Assembly (NCBI GenBank): GCA_964405295.1
Contig: CAYONI010000001.1
Span: forward strand, 1 to 64,000
Origin: an uncultured Methanosarcinales archaeon
Lineage (GTDB): Archaea > Nanobdellota > Nanobdellia > Woesearchaeales > CAYZNE01
Reading direction: 5' to 3'
Length of the DNA stretch: 64,000 bases
A model generated the notes under the pieces. That model had not been told where the DNA came from and did no database searches. It worked only from the letters and a program-made list of their open reading frames with translations. The position numbers were made by a program, and so were the translations under genes. Below are positions 10,937-21,250 of the stretch, piece after piece; the first letter of the stretch is position 1; the number at the start of each line of letters is the position of its first letter.

Positions 10937-11011
10937 TGCTCCAAACGGGATTCGAACCCGTGTCCTCGGCGCGAGAGGCCGAGATGATTGGCCGGACTAC
11001 ACTATTGGAGC
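10937..11011 (-). tRNA. tRNA-Glu(CTC)
   Basis: Reverse complement folds as a cloverleaf: GCTCCAA acceptor stem, anticodon loop CT-CTC-GC, T arm GGTTCGAATCC. No encoded CCA. Confidence 0.95.
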
Positions 11012-11021
11012 AAAAAAAGAA

Positions 11022-13505
11022 TTAGTCACCATTAACAATTTTTGCAATACTTGTTACTTTGTCTCCCGGTTTAAGTTTCATAATTCTTAGACCCTGAGTG
11101 TTTCTTCCTATAACAGAAATTTGGGAAGCTTGAGTTCTTATTACTTGCCCTTGTTTGCTCATAATGATTATTTCATTTTGATCATAAACTTGTCTTATCT
11201 CTACAACTTTTCCATTTCTTGGACTACAAATAATGTTTCTAACTCCTTTTCCGCCTCGTCTTATAAGACGGTATTCAGGAATGCTTGTTCTTTTTCCATA
11301 ACCATTCTCTGTTATTGTTAGAATTGTAGCGTCATCTTTTGCAACAACTGCACCTATAACTTTGTCATTAACAAGAGTTATTGCTCTTACTCCTCTAGCA
11401 CCTCTTCCTATTGATCGAGCATCTTTTTCATTAAATCTTACTGCTTGACCATTTCTTGTTGCAATCATTATATTTTCTGTGCCTTTTGTTTTCAGAACTT
11501 TAACTAATTCATCTCCTTCATCAAGGTTGATTGCAATAATTCCACCATTTCTTGGTCGACTATAAAGTTTTAGTTCTGTTTTTTTGATTACTCCTTTCTC
11601 TGTAACCATTGCAAGATATTCTGATTTACTAAAATCTTTTATTGGAATGACTGCACTAATAGAATCTTCTTGTTCTAAGTTTAGTAAATTAATTATTGCT
11701 TTTCCTTTACTTTGTCGTGAAGCTTCAGGTATTTTATAGACTTTTAACCAATGAACTTTTCCTTTGTTTGTAAAACAGAGTAAGTATGACTTTGTATTTG
11801 CAATAAAGATGTCCTCGATAAAATCTTCTTCTTTCGTTTGCATACCAATAACTCCCTTTCCTCCTCTATTTTGGATTTTGTAGCTTTCTATTGGCATTCT
11901 TTTAATATAACCGGAATTTGTTATCATGATTACCTGATCTTCTTCTTCAATCATGTCTTCAATGTCAACATCTTCCTCTTGATCTGATATTTCTGTTCTT
12001 CTTTCGTCTCCGAATTTTTCAATTATTTCTGTGGATTCATCTTTAATTATTTTTCTAATTTCATTGTCATCAGCTAATATCTTTTTCAATTCTTCTATTA
12101 AGGTTAGAGTATCTCTTAGATCAGTTTTTATTTTGTCTTGTTCTAAGCCAGTTAGTTTTTGTAGTTTTAGATCAAGTATAGCTTGAGATTGTTTTTCGCT
12201 TAAATCAAATTCTTTTATTAGTCCTTCTCTTGCATCTTTTGCAGAATTGGAAGATTTAATTAATTTAACAACTGCATCAAGATTATTTAATGCAATTACT
12301 AGTCCTTCTAGTAAATGTGATTTGTCTTCTGCTTTTCGTAAATCAAATTTAGTTCTATTTACTATTACTTCTTTTCTATGATTAATGAAGACGTCTAATG
12401 CGTCTAGTAGTGTCAAAGTTACAGGTTTTTTATCTAGGATTGCGAGAAGATTAATTCCAAAGCTAACTTGTAATCTTGAATGTTTCATTATTTGTGCTTC
12501 AACAACTTCGTATGATGCATCTCGTTTTAATTCAATGACCACTCTGATACCTGTTCTATCAGTTTCATCTCTTATGTCTGCGATGCCTTCAATAACTTTA
12601 TCTTTTACAGCATTTGCAATTTGTGTTATCATTAGAGCTTTGTTGACCATGTAGGGCAATTCTGTTATTATAATCGCATTTCTATTTCTTACTGTTTCTG
12701 GATGGCATTTCCCTTTAATTTTTATTATTCCTTTTCCTTTTGCATAAGCTGTTTGTATTCCTGTTCTGCCAAGTATTATTCCGCCTGTTGGGAAATCTGG
12801 ACCAGGAATATATTCTATTGCTTCAGCTACAGTCATCTCAGGATTATCAATTTTTGCAATTATTGCAGAACAAACTTCTTTGACATTATGTGGGGGTATA
12901 TTTGTTGCCATTCCCACAGCAATTCCTGAAGAACCGTTAACTAATAGGTTGGGTAATCTTGCTGGAAGAACTTCTGGTTCTTTTAATGATCCATCAAAAT
13001 TTTCTACAAAAGAAACTGTTTCTTTATTAATATCTTGAAGTAATTCTTCTGTAATCTTCATCATCTTTGCTTCAGTATATCTCATTGCTGCAGGGCTATC
13101 TCCATCTATACTTCCGAAGTTTCCCTGTCCATTAACTAAAGGGTATCTAAGTGAGAAATCTTGTGCCATTCTAACCAGGGCATCATATACTGATTGATCT
13201 CCGTGAGGGTGATATTTACCAAGGCAGTCACCAACAATTCTTGCAGATTTTCTAAATTGCTTATTGTACTGTAAACCAAGATCATTCATTGAAAAAAGAA
13301 TTCTTCTGTGAACTGGTTTTAACCCATCTTTTGCATTAGGAAGTGCTCTTCCAATTATCACAGACATTGCATAATCTAGATATGAAGTTTTCATTTCTTC
13401 ATCAATTACTTGAGGGATTATTTTGTTATTTTTTGTTTCTAGATTTTCATCATTCCTAATGTCTTTTTCTTCATTATTCTTAAGAACTTTATCGTCGTGC
13501 ACCAT
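11022..13505 (-). CDS. gyrA: DNA gyrase subunit A
   Basis: [22 protein letters not shown] catalytic Tyr, GyrA box QNRGGKG, C-terminal beta-pinwheel repeats. Confidence 0.97.
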   Translation of the reverse strand: MVHDDKVLKNNEEKDIRNDENLETKNNKIIPQVIDEEMKTSYLDYAMSVIIGRALPNAKDGLKPVHRRILFSMNDLGLQYNKQFRKSARIVGDCLGKYHPHGDQSVYDALVRMAQDFSLRYPLVNGQGNFGSIDGDSPAAMRYTEAKMMKITEELLQDINKETVSFVENFDGSLKEPEVLPARLPNLLVNGSSGIAVGMATNIPPHNVKEVCSAIIAKIDNPEMTVAEAIEYIPGPDFPTGGIILGRTGIQTAYAKGKGIIKIKGKCHPETVRNRNAIIITELPYMVNKALMITQIANAVKDKVIEGIADIRDETDRTGIRVVIELKRDASYEVVEAQIMKHSRLQVSFGINLLAILDKKPVTLTLLDALDVFINHRKEVIVNRTKFDLRKAEDKSHLLEGLVIALNNLDAVVKLIKSSNSAKDAREGLIKEFDLSEKQSQAILDLKLQKLTGLEQDKIKTDLRDTLTLIEELKKILADDNEIRKIIKDESTEIIEKFGDERRTEISDQEEDVDIEDMIEEEDQVIMITNSGYIKRMPIESYKIQNRGGKGVIGMQTKEEDFIEDIFIANTKSYLLCFTNKGKVHWLKVYKIPEASRQSKGKAIINLLNLEQEDSISAVIPIKDFSKSEYLAMVTEKGVIKKTELKLYSRPRNGGIIAINLDEGDELVKVLKTKGTENIMIATRNGQAVRFNEKDARSIGRGARGVRAITLVNDKVIGAVVAKDDATILTITENGYGKRTSIPEYRLIRRGGKGVRNIICSPRNGKVVEIRQVYDQNEIIIMSKQGQVIRTQASQISVIGRNTQGLRIMKLKPGDKVTSIAKIVNGD

Positions 13506-13586
13506 ACTAAAACAAGAAAGAGTTTAGCTTTATAAGTGTTGTGTTTTTATATTGGTTTTCACTCATAAAAAGCTAATGATTTTATG

Positions 13587-16511
13587 TTATTTGATAGTTA
13601 TATTAACTGGGGCTGGTCCGGCAGATAAATCGTTTCCATCCCAATTAACTTTCCACACAATTATTCTTTGATTGGAAGTTGCTGATCTTAAATCAGAAAA
13701 TTTTTCAAAGTGCTTTGTGTATTCTCCATCAAAATAAAATAATTTTGTAAATGTTGAAATTGCCAAATCTTGAGAACTAATAACTGCTTTGTTTCCAATA
13801 TTTAATACTGAAATATCTACACCGCTTGTTGAAGAATTATATGTTTTTAATTCATTATTAATCTCAGTAGTAAACGATCTTATATCTATTTTATCTTCAC
13901 CGATTTTTGTTGCGCCATTATATACTCCTAATATTCCTTCGCCTGTTTCAGTTAATTTATTAAAAATATACTTTTCTATAACTAAATCTGCGCCATTTTG
14001 TGAACCAATCTTTAGATTAATATTACAATTAACTGTATTGTTAATGTGTAAACAAGAGCCTGTACCAAGGTATCCTGGCCAATCACTTATCCACGTATTT
14101 GCTTCTTTCTCGTTTTGAAGCATATTTATTTCATCAAATAAAACTTCAATCTCTGCATCTTCATAATTATGTTTTTTTGCAAGTTCTGTAAATGCCGCAA
14201 AATCTTTGTTTTTTCCATTGTAATAAAGATCTGCTTTTTTGAAATCCCAAAGCCCAAAATGTGCCCAAACTGCAGATTTAGAAACCAGATCTTCGCTGGT
14301 TATATAATATGCTTCTGGGGGATTACAATGTGTTTTTTGTAAAACCATATTTGCTAAACTATCCTCAATTCCCCTATTAAGTAATATTTCTTTGGCATCT
14401 AGTTTATTTTCTTGAACTATTTCATCAAGAATTTCAACAGTTAATGCAGGATTGTCAAGTTCACTATTTAGTGTATCAAATGCATCGTTTGACCCACAAT
14501 GAAGCATTCTTAATATTCCAACAGTCAAATTTTCATTGCTTGTTACAAGTGATTTTCCAACCCAGTGAGCCATAGGGGTATTCTGGCTTGCACCGTCAAA
14601 AGTTACTGCTCTATCGGCAACTGCTTTAAACCAATGTCCAAAATCCCACCATGAGGTAATAATTGCTTTTTCATCTGATTCTGCTCTTATTTTTGACAGT
14701 GAATCATACCATGCATCATTCATTTGAGGTATTTCGTTTAATGCAGTTGTATGAGCTGCATCAAAATAATTTACAAAAATAATTATTATAAGAACCAAAA
14801 CAATTGCTTTTGTTGCAATCTTTGGTATATCAAATAATGTATGTAACTTTTTACTTAGTTTAATAAATATTATCCCAATTGTTAATCCAACCATTAATGA
14901 GAAAGGGTGAATTCCCAATAGAACAAATCTTATTCCCCTAACTGAAGCAAAAATTGTTCCTGCGAAAAGAGCACCTAATAATGCAGGGAGTAATATACTT
15001 GCTCTTTCTGTTTTATCTTGAAATAAATTAACTAATATTCCTGCTGCAATAGTTAGTAGAACCAAAAATATGTAAAAGTTAGGACTGATATTTGTTATTG
15101 CAGATTTGCTGGTTAAAATTAAATATATAATTGTTGAACCAGTAAGATAAGTCCATGTTTTTTTATTATATGTCTTTATTAGTGATAAGGGAATCGCAAG
15201 TAGTGCAATAAAAATCATTGTCTGACCAAGGTTGCTAGATGATAGTGCTCTTGTTATTCCTGATAAGCTCTGAGCATTTAATTCTGCTACGGTGGTATAG
15301 ACATTTGGCCATAATGTTGAATGAACTGCATTTTGTATACCTGCAGATTTTGTTATTGAAGTTAATGCGTTAATAACTGTTTGAATTCCATTAAGTATTA
15401 TTGTTGTTAAAAGATATAGTACGGTTATAAGAATGTTTGATCTAACAACTCTAGAGTGAAATATTTTAATATGTTTTTTCTTTGATTCTTTTGAATCAAT
15501 AAATATTTTTATTATTTGATAAAGTATCATCCCAATTAGTATTGCAATTAAAATATCAAATGAAAAATACCATCCTCCTCCCCAGGTCTTGTAAAATATC
15601 CAGGTTGAGATTCCCGCTAATATCGCAAATAATCCTTTTTTCTTATAGCTTCTTGCAGAGAATGCTTCTATAATAAACCAAAATATAAATAGTGGCATGG
15701 TTATACCATATGCATCTGTATCTACAAATCCTGCAGGAGTTCTACCTAATAGATAAGGGTGTATTCCAACAAGTAATGCTGCGACAAATCCTCCTACAAT
15801 GCCAGCATATCTTTTAATAATAAAGAATGCGGGTATAAGGCCTAATAGGATAATTAGTGCAGGAATAATATATATTGAGTTTAATAGTGGTGTTCCTGGT
15901 TTAAAAAAATTAGATATTTTGTATGTCCAAGAAAGAATTAATGCATGTCCATCAAGTGTCATTTCCCTGCCTTTTGGGGCAATTTCGTGTGTATTCCAGC
16001 ATATTCCATCTTTTATTTCATCACATACAGTTCCTTCTTCAACTAGGTTTGCTGCTTTTAAATAATAATAATAGGGATCTATTGCAAGTAAATACGTCTG
16101 ATTGTTGTCGTCTTGAAAATCAGCTTTAAATTGTGTTGATAATTGTTCTTTAGAAAGTTCTATGTTATTTTTTTCTGTTTGATAAATTTCTATAAATCTT
16201 TTATCTATAAGATCATTTTTATTTGTTTCTGGCAGATTAGGGTATTCTGTGTCTATTTGTGCTTTTATTTGAGACTTGTAATGACTAATTATTGAGTTTT
16301 CTGCCCAATTTTCTGTTTGTGGTAATGTTTCAGTATATAACCTAAAATACATTGAAAAAAACATTGCAACTAATATCAATAGTATTATTAATGCAGTTTT
16401 ATTGAATATTTTTTTATTAGAAAATATTTTTGTTGCTTTAAGTTTTATACCTTTTATATTTAGCTTAGTTTCAATAGTATCGCTAGTATTGTGTTTCTTA
16501 TGATCGTTCAT
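13587..16511 (-). CDS. aglB: Oligosaccharyltransferase (STT3/AglB)
   Basis: DPYYY, DTD, TVAEL and WWDFG motifs; many TM helices. Start moved to the ATG with a GGGGT SD. Confidence 0.92.
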   Translation of the reverse strand: MNDHKKHNTSDTIETKLNIKGIKLKATKIFSNKKIFNKTALIILLILVAMFFSMYFRLYTETLPQTENWAENSIISHYKSQIKAQIDTEYPNLPETNKNDLIDKRFIEIYQTEKNNIELSKEQLSTQFKADFQDDNNQTYLLAIDPYYYYLKAANLVEEGTVCDEIKDGICWNTHEIAPKGREMTLDGHALILSWTYKISNFFKPGTPLLNSIYIIPALIILLGLIPAFFIIKRYAGIVGGFVAALLVGIHPYLLGRTPAGFVDTDAYGITMPLFIFWFIIEAFSARSYKKKGLFAILAGISTWIFYKTWGGGWYFSFDILIAILIGMILYQIIKIFIDSKESKKKHIKIFHSRVVRSNILITVLYLLTTIILNGIQTVINALTSITKSAGIQNAVHSTLWPNVYTTVAELNAQSLSGITRALSSSNLGQTMIFIALLAIPLSLIKTYNKKTWTYLTGSTIIYLILTSKSAITNISPNFYIFLVLLTIAAGILVNLFQDKTERASILLPALLGALFAGTIFASVRGIRFVLLGIHPFSLMVGLTIGIIFIKLSKKLHTLFDIPKIATKAIVLVLIIIIFVNYFDAAHTTALNEIPQMNDAWYDSLSKIRAESDEKAIITSWWDFGHWFKAVADRAVTFDGASQNTPMAHWVGKSLVTSNENLTVGILRMLHCGSNDAFDTLNSELDNPALTVEILDEIVQENKLDAKEILLNRGIEDSLANMVLQKTHCNPPEAYYITSEDLVSKSAVWAHFGLWDFKKADLYYNGKNKDFAAFTELAKKHNYEDAEIEVLFDEINMLQNEKEANTWISDWPGYLGTGSCLHINNTVNCNINLKIGSQNGADLVIEKYIFNKLTETGEGILGVYNGATKIGEDKIDIRSFTTEINNELKTYNSSTSGVDISVLNIGNKAVISSQDLAISTFTKLFYFDGEYTKHFEKFSDLRSATSNQRIIVWKVNWDGNDLSAGPAPVNITIK

Positions 16512-16907
16512 TAAAATACCCCTTAGATCTGTTGTGTATAAGAAGTTTGTTAGAACTTCTTGCAAGTTCAAAAGTTGATTTATATTATGGAATCAATTTT
16601 TGTTGTTTTAATATTTGGAAATAACTTATTTTTTTATAAATGTTTCAGTTATTTTAGTTTTTGTTTATAGGTATTTATAGGAAACATTTGGAATAGGAGG
16701 ATTTTAGTTATTTTAACAATTTATATAGGTATTTAAAGGATTTCTTCTAAATATTGATTTGTAATCACTCTAAAATAGAAATATTTAAATATAACACTGA
16801 ATATTTAGGTTTAAATAGTTAAATTTAGTACATTTTCTGAAAAAAAGGGGAGAGATAGTAGTAAATAAATCATTTTAATGAAATATTTAACGCTTGAGGG
16901 GATTTAA

Positions 16908-18131
16908 ATGAAAAAAATAAATACAATAGGAATTTTAGCATTTATAATAATTGCAACTTTACTTCTTTCTGCTTGCAGTTTGACTTATATGCCTGACAAT
17001 GAAACTGCATTTGATATGGATTCAGATGCGCTTTATGATAGAAGTGAAATTATGTTTGATGATGTGTCTGATTCAGGTTTGTCTGATGAAGATAGAGAAT
17101 TAATAAATTATGCTGAGGATGGTATTACTGAATCAGATGTTTCTATGACAATAGATGCTATTGAGGGTGAACTTATCGATCTTCAACCAAAAGCAGTTGA
17201 TCCAGATGATGATTTAGTCGAATATTCTTTTTCAGGACCATTTAACGATGTCGGTCTGTGGCAAACAAAAGATGGTGATATTGGAAAATATCTTATAACC
17301 ATAACTGCAACTGATGGAGATTTAATAATAAAAGAATATGTTTTAATAATTATGCATGCTCGGAATAGGGCTCCAGTTATTGAGTGTCCAGAAGATGTAG
17401 TTGTTTTTGAAACGGGAATTGTAAATTTAAATTGTAACCTTTATGATTTAGAAAATGATGTTTTTTCATTATCTTATTCCGGTTGGATGACTTCTGATGA
17501 ATATACAACGACTTATGATGATGCAGGAGAGTATACAGTTATTGTATCTGCAAGAGATAGTGAGAATAATACTATTCAAAAAGAAGTAAATATTATTGTA
17601 AAAAATAAGAATAGGCTTCCTATGTTAAGCGGTGTTGAAGATGTTTACGCAACTGAATCAGATATTATTATTATGGGTGTTAGTGCTGTTGATCCTGATA
17701 GTGATAATCTTGTTATAACTTTTGGTTCACCTTTTGATGAGGATGGTGTATGGATCACTGCAGATGGTGATGATGGATCTTATGCTTCATATGTGCAAGT
17801 AAATGATGGTGTTGATACTGTAACTGAAAGTTTTAATGTTTTTATTGAACATTTAAATACAAGACCTTACTTGGCTCCAATTGAAGATATTGAGATAACT
17901 GAAGGAGATCTTGTTTTAATAGAAACTAATTCAACTGATGCTGAAGATGATGAGTTAACAATAACTTTTAGTGGTTGGATGACTTCAGAAGTATATGCAA
18001 CAACTTATGATGATGCAGGTGAGCATTATGTAAAAGTTACTGTTAGTGATGGAGAACTTGAAGTTTCACAAAATGTAAAAGTAACTGTTGCTAATTTGAA
18101 CAGGCCTCCTGTGTTTGTTGTTCCAGGATAA
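16908..18131 (+). CDS. Acidic lipoprotein with tandem Ig/cadherin-like repeats
   Basis: Lipobox LLSAC; repeated SGWMTS..Y.TTYDDAGE and F..PF...G.W.T..GD units. Confidence 0.75.
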   Translation: MKKINTIGILAFIIIATLLLSACSLTYMPDNETAFDMDSDALYDRSEIMFDDVSDSGLSDEDRELINYAEDGITESDVSMTIDAIEGELIDLQPKAVDPDDDLVEYSFSGPFNDVGLWQTKDGDIGKYLITITATDGDLIIKEYVLIIMHARNRAPVIECPEDVVVFETGIVNLNCNLYDLENDVFSLSYSGWMTSDEYTTTYDDAGEYTVIVSARDSENNTIQKEVNIIVKNKNRLPMLSGVEDVYATESDIIIMGVSAVDPDSDNLVITFGSPFDEDGVWITADGDDGSYASYVQVNDGVDTVTESFNVFIEHLNTRPYLAPIEDIEITEGDLVLIETNSTDAEDDELTITFSGWMTSEVYATTYDDAGEHYVKVTVSDGELEVSQNVKVTVANLNRPPVFVVPG

Positions 18132-18287
18132 TTATTATTTATTCAACTTTGTTGTGTTTAGTTTTGCTAAACAACCAATAGTCTTTGACTATTGTGTTAA
18201 TGATTAAATTTTTTTAATTTTTGTTTAATAATGTTCAATAACTAATAGTTATTGAACATTTTATTTTAGAAATATAAAGGTGAAAAC

Positions 18288-18683
18288 ATGAATAAGAAAA
18301 CAAGTTTATTGATAATACTATTATTAATAATAGTACTTTTAGGAGTATTAAATTTAATGTGGGTTATGGATATTAAAGATACAGAATTAGAAGTTAATAT
18401 AGATTCTTCTGTGCCTGTATTGTCTGGTCAAACTGTGAAAACTGTTTTTATGACACAGCATCAAGATAGACTTTATCCAGAAACAATTACTGCAAATAAA
18501 GGTGATATTTTAATAATTAGTTTTGCAGATAAGAATGTGACAACTTTGGAAATTCCTGGTTATGATCTTACTCAAAAAGTTAAGGTTTATAATTTTGAAT
18601 TATTTTTAGATAAACAGGGAACTTTTGAAATATATTGTCATGATTGTGTATCTAAATTTCCTACAGTTCTTATTGTTGAATAA
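18288..18683 (+). CDS. Membrane-anchored cupredoxin-like protein
   Basis: N-terminal TM, PETITANKGD, GTFEIYCHDC. Confidence 0.6.
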   Translation: MNKKTSLLIILLLIIVLLGVLNLMWVMDIKDTELEVNIDSSVPVLSGQTVKTVFMTQHQDRLYPETITANKGDILIISFADKNVTTLEIPGYDLTQKVKVYNFELFLDKQGTFEIYCHDCVSKFPTVLIVE

Positions 18684-18689
18684 TTTAGA

Positions 18690-18735
18690 TTCCGGCTTTT
18701 TGTCGGTGCCAATAACTCTTGAAGTTATTGAGCAT
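18690..18735 (+). repeat. Dispersed double-hairpin element (TTCCG..CGG-TGCCAATA..TATTGAGCA)
   Basis: Same architecture as the copies at 26065, 28111 (minus strand) and 52242 and inside the tRNA-Glu repeats. Confidence 0.75.
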
Positions 18736-18795
18736 TTTTATCTTTTCTTAAAGAAATCTTTATAAATAGTTTATTTCTTCTATTAGTAATGTACC

Positions 18796-18905
18796 GAGTC
18801 CGTAGCTTAGTCTGGTGGAGCGCTGGTCTTATATGGCCAAATCTCGTTTTAGGGGTTTTGTTCTGAGTTAGTCAGTGGTCGGGGGTTCAAATCCCCTCGG
18901 ACTCA
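18796..18905 (+). tRNA. tRNA-Ile(TAT) with a 36-nt intron at position 37/38 (18834-18869)
   Basis: Body nearly identical to tRNA-Ile(GAT) at 21318. Anticodon TAT at 18830-18832. Bulge-helix-bulge with a CTTA/TGAG central helix and two 3-nt bulges. Confidence 0.9.
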
Positions 18906-19030
18906 TTTTTTTTCTTATGAATTTGTTTTGGGATTTGAACATGTTCCCGTGGTACCAATTGGGCTCATTTCTATATTATATTTCTACTATAACAAAAATA
19001 TTAAATACTAAGACTTCTAAGTTAGTTAAT

Positions 19031-19828
19031 ATGAAGAATAAAGAGATATTTAATTGGCTTGTAAGAGAACACGTTGGTAGAGATTGGATAAATGTTAGAA
19101 AATATGTAAAAGATGGAACCTTAAATTCTATGAAAATTATTCCTGGTAATACTGAAAATCCCTATTATGGAGGAATCCTTATTTTTGCAAAAGGAAAAAA
19201 GTTTGCAACTAATCTAAAAAAGATGAATATCGTGCTTGCAGGAAAGATGAATGTTTCTTATAATCTTTCTACATTCGATAGGTTTAGTAGATATTGCAAG
19301 AAGTTTAGAGTTGAAGATGGTGCAACAGTAATTGATAAGAGTAGTGGATTGGCTTATCATGTTTCTGTTTTTAATAATAATCCTCAGATATTCTGGACAT
19401 TTAAAGAAAGGTGGAATTTCGCATTTAATGGAGTTTATAAGACATATAAGATTGGGAAGATGCTTCCATCAGATTTTACAGATAATAAAGGATTAAATAA
19501 AGTTGGTGATTCAGTGGAGCTTATAGGTACTAAAACTTATGTTGCTATTGTTTTGCCTCAAGCATATCCTAAAGTTCATACGTTTCAAATAAAAAGAACT
19601 GCATATACTTCTCTTGGAATGGGTAAAGTGACTCATTTTGATAGTGAAGGGTTGTTAGAAGAGTTTTATCTTGCGTACATACCTAAACATAAAGGAGAAT
19701 TTCTCGATGCAAAGCATAAGGTTGTTGGGGTATATAGGTACTATGACCGTAGTAGAGGAGTAAAGAAAATATTCAGAAGAGAATTATTAATAGGTTTTGG
19801 TGATTTAAAGAATATTGGGATGAATTAA
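19031..19828 (+). CDS. Hypothetical protein, possible degenerate DAC (DisA_N) fold
   Basis: Start moved to ATG 19031 because the track start overlaps the tRNA. GGILIF..EDGATVID..LIGTKT..GKVTHF pattern. Confidence 0.55.
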   Translation: MKNKEIFNWLVREHVGRDWINVRKYVKDGTLNSMKIIPGNTENPYYGGILIFAKGKKFATNLKKMNIVLAGKMNVSYNLSTFDRFSRYCKKFRVEDGATVIDKSSGLAYHVSVFNNNPQIFWTFKERWNFAFNGVYKTYKIGKMLPSDFTDNKGLNKVGDSVELIGTKTYVAIVLPQAYPKVHTFQIKRTAYTSLGMGKVTHFDSEGLLEEFYLAYIPKHKGEFLDAKHKVVGVYRYYDRSRGVKKIFRRELLIGFGDLKNIGMN

Positions 19829-19876
19829 AGAAATAGTTTCTTATACAACAAAAATCAAATTTTTGAGTATCATAAA

Positions 19877-20653
19877 CTATAAAAATAATTTTTGATAGTT
19901 AAGATAAATATTGTTTGCAACTTCTTCCTCGTTTAAACCTTTAAGTTCTGCAATCTTTCTTATGACAACAGTTACATTGCTAGAATCATTAATTCCCCCT
20001 TTAATGGGTGCAAGAAAAGGAGAATCTGTTTCTGTGAATAATCTATTGAGTGGCGTAATGTTAATTATAGAATGAAAGTGCATTGCTCTTTCAACGTTGG
20101 CAGGAATTGAAAAATACCAACCATTATCAATAATTCTTTGAACAAATTTTTTCTTGCCTGAAAAACAATGCATAACTACCTTTTTTGCATTCATTTCCTC
20201 AAGTGCAATTATTGTGTCTTCTTCTGCCTTTCTAGAGTGAACAATAATTGGGATGTCTTTATCGATAGAAATTTGTATTAGTTCTTTAAAGTATTTTATC
20301 ATTAACTCTTTGGCTTCAATGGTTAGAGGCTTTTTGTGTTCAGGATTTCTTCCTCGGAAATAATCAAGACCCACTTCTCCAATTGCAATGCACTCATTGT
20401 TTCTGATAAAGTTAAATTCTTTTTTAATTTCTTCTTCAGAATATTCTGCAAAATGTGTAGGATAGAATCCGAGTGCAGGTTTAACAATATTGTATTTTTG
20501 TGCATACTCTAGAGATTTTCTATTGCTCTCAGGCTCAGTTCCTTGGGTTATAATTACTTTAATTCCTGCATTCCTACATTTATCTATAACCTCATCAAGT
20601 CTCTCAACTAAGCCCTTATAGCTTAAATGGGCATGCACATCAATTAGTTCCAT
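19877..20653 (-). CDS. tatD: TatD family nuclease
   Basis: IDVHAHL, IGEVGLDY, VHSR, MHCFSG, ETDSPFL. Confidence 0.93.
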   Translation of the reverse strand: MELIDVHAHLSYKGLVERLDEVIDKCRNAGIKVIITQGTEPESNRKSLEYAQKYNIVKPALGFYPTHFAEYSEEEIKKEFNFIRNNECIAIGEVGLDYFRGRNPEHKKPLTIEAKELMIKYFKELIQISIDKDIPIIVHSRKAEEDTIIALEEMNAKKVVMHCFSGKKKFVQRIIDNGWYFSIPANVERAMHFHSIINITPLNRLFTETDSPFLAPIKGGINDSSNVTVVIRKIAELKGLNEEEVANNIYLNYQKLFL

Positions 20654-20731
20654 AATAGTGCATTAAATAGAATGTGTTTATTAATTTTGTGTAGAATATA
20701 AGAATCAAAAATAAGAATAATAAAATTAGGA

Positions 20732-20833
20732 TTATTTCTTTAATCTTTTACGCTTTTCTTTCTTCATTCTTTTACGTTGCCACTTCCAACGCATTTGACC
20801 TTTCTTTTTCCAACGTCTTGAACTTCTCTTCAA
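20732..20833 (-). CDS. rpl41e: Ribosomal protein L41e (eL41)
   Basis: Read by hand: TTG start after a GGTGA SD; MKRSSRRWKKKGQMRWKWQRKRMKKEKRKRLKK*, matching the archaeal L41e pattern. Confidence 0.85.
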   Translation of the reverse strand: MKRSSRRWKKKGQMRWKWQRKRMKKEKRKRLKK

Positions 20834-20899
20834 TTTATCACCAAATTCTCATATTTTATTTTTGTTTCTTTCCTAATGGAAACCTCATATAATTTAAAA

Positions 20900-21175
20900 T
20901 GCTCCAAACGGGATCCGTAGCAAACTTGTTTGCGAGGTGTCCAATNNNNNNNNNNNNNNNNNNNNNNNNNNNNNNNNNNNNNNNNNNNNNNNNNNNNNNN
21001 NNNNNNNNNNNNNNNNNNNNNNNNNNNNNNNNNNNNNNNNNNNNNGAAGATTATTGAGCATCTTTGAATCCCTATAAATTTAAAATGCTCCAAACGGGAT
21101 CCGTAGCAAACTTGTTTGCGAGGTGTCCAATAATCGAAGATTATTGAGCATCTTTGAATCCCTATAAATTTAAAA
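20900..21175. repeat. 90-bp tandem repeat array, each unit starting with the tRNA-Glu 3' 15-mer; contains an N gap
   Basis: Units begin at 20900 and 21086 and the tRNA begins at 21176 (period 90). Visible unit sequences are identical. Gap at 20946-21045. Confidence 0.9.
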
Positions 21176-21250
21176 TGCTCCAAACGGGATTCGAACCCGT
21201 GTCCTCGGATCGAAAATCCGAGATGATTGGCCGGACTACACCATTGGAGC
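21176..21250 (-). tRNA. tRNA-Glu(TTC)
   Basis: Cloverleaf with anticodon loop TT-TTC-GA; almost identical to tRNA-Glu(CTC) outside the anticodon arm. Confidence 0.95.

Noticed and set aside
18875..19030. N-terminal extension of ORF 18875..19828
   Set aside because: Overlaps tRNA-Ile(TAT) and its T-tract; ATG 19031 has a TATA-like box upstream.
20900..21175. CRISPR array interpretation of the tRNA-linked repeats, given the Cas4 gene
   Set aside because: Whole 90-bp units are identical with no unique spacers, the constant part is a tRNA end, and no cas1 or cas2 is present.
10937..21250. Integrated element bounded by the two tRNA-Glu copies
   Set aside because: Both are complete tRNAs with different anticodons, the interval holds core genes (gyrA, aglB, tatD, L41e), and no integrase is present.
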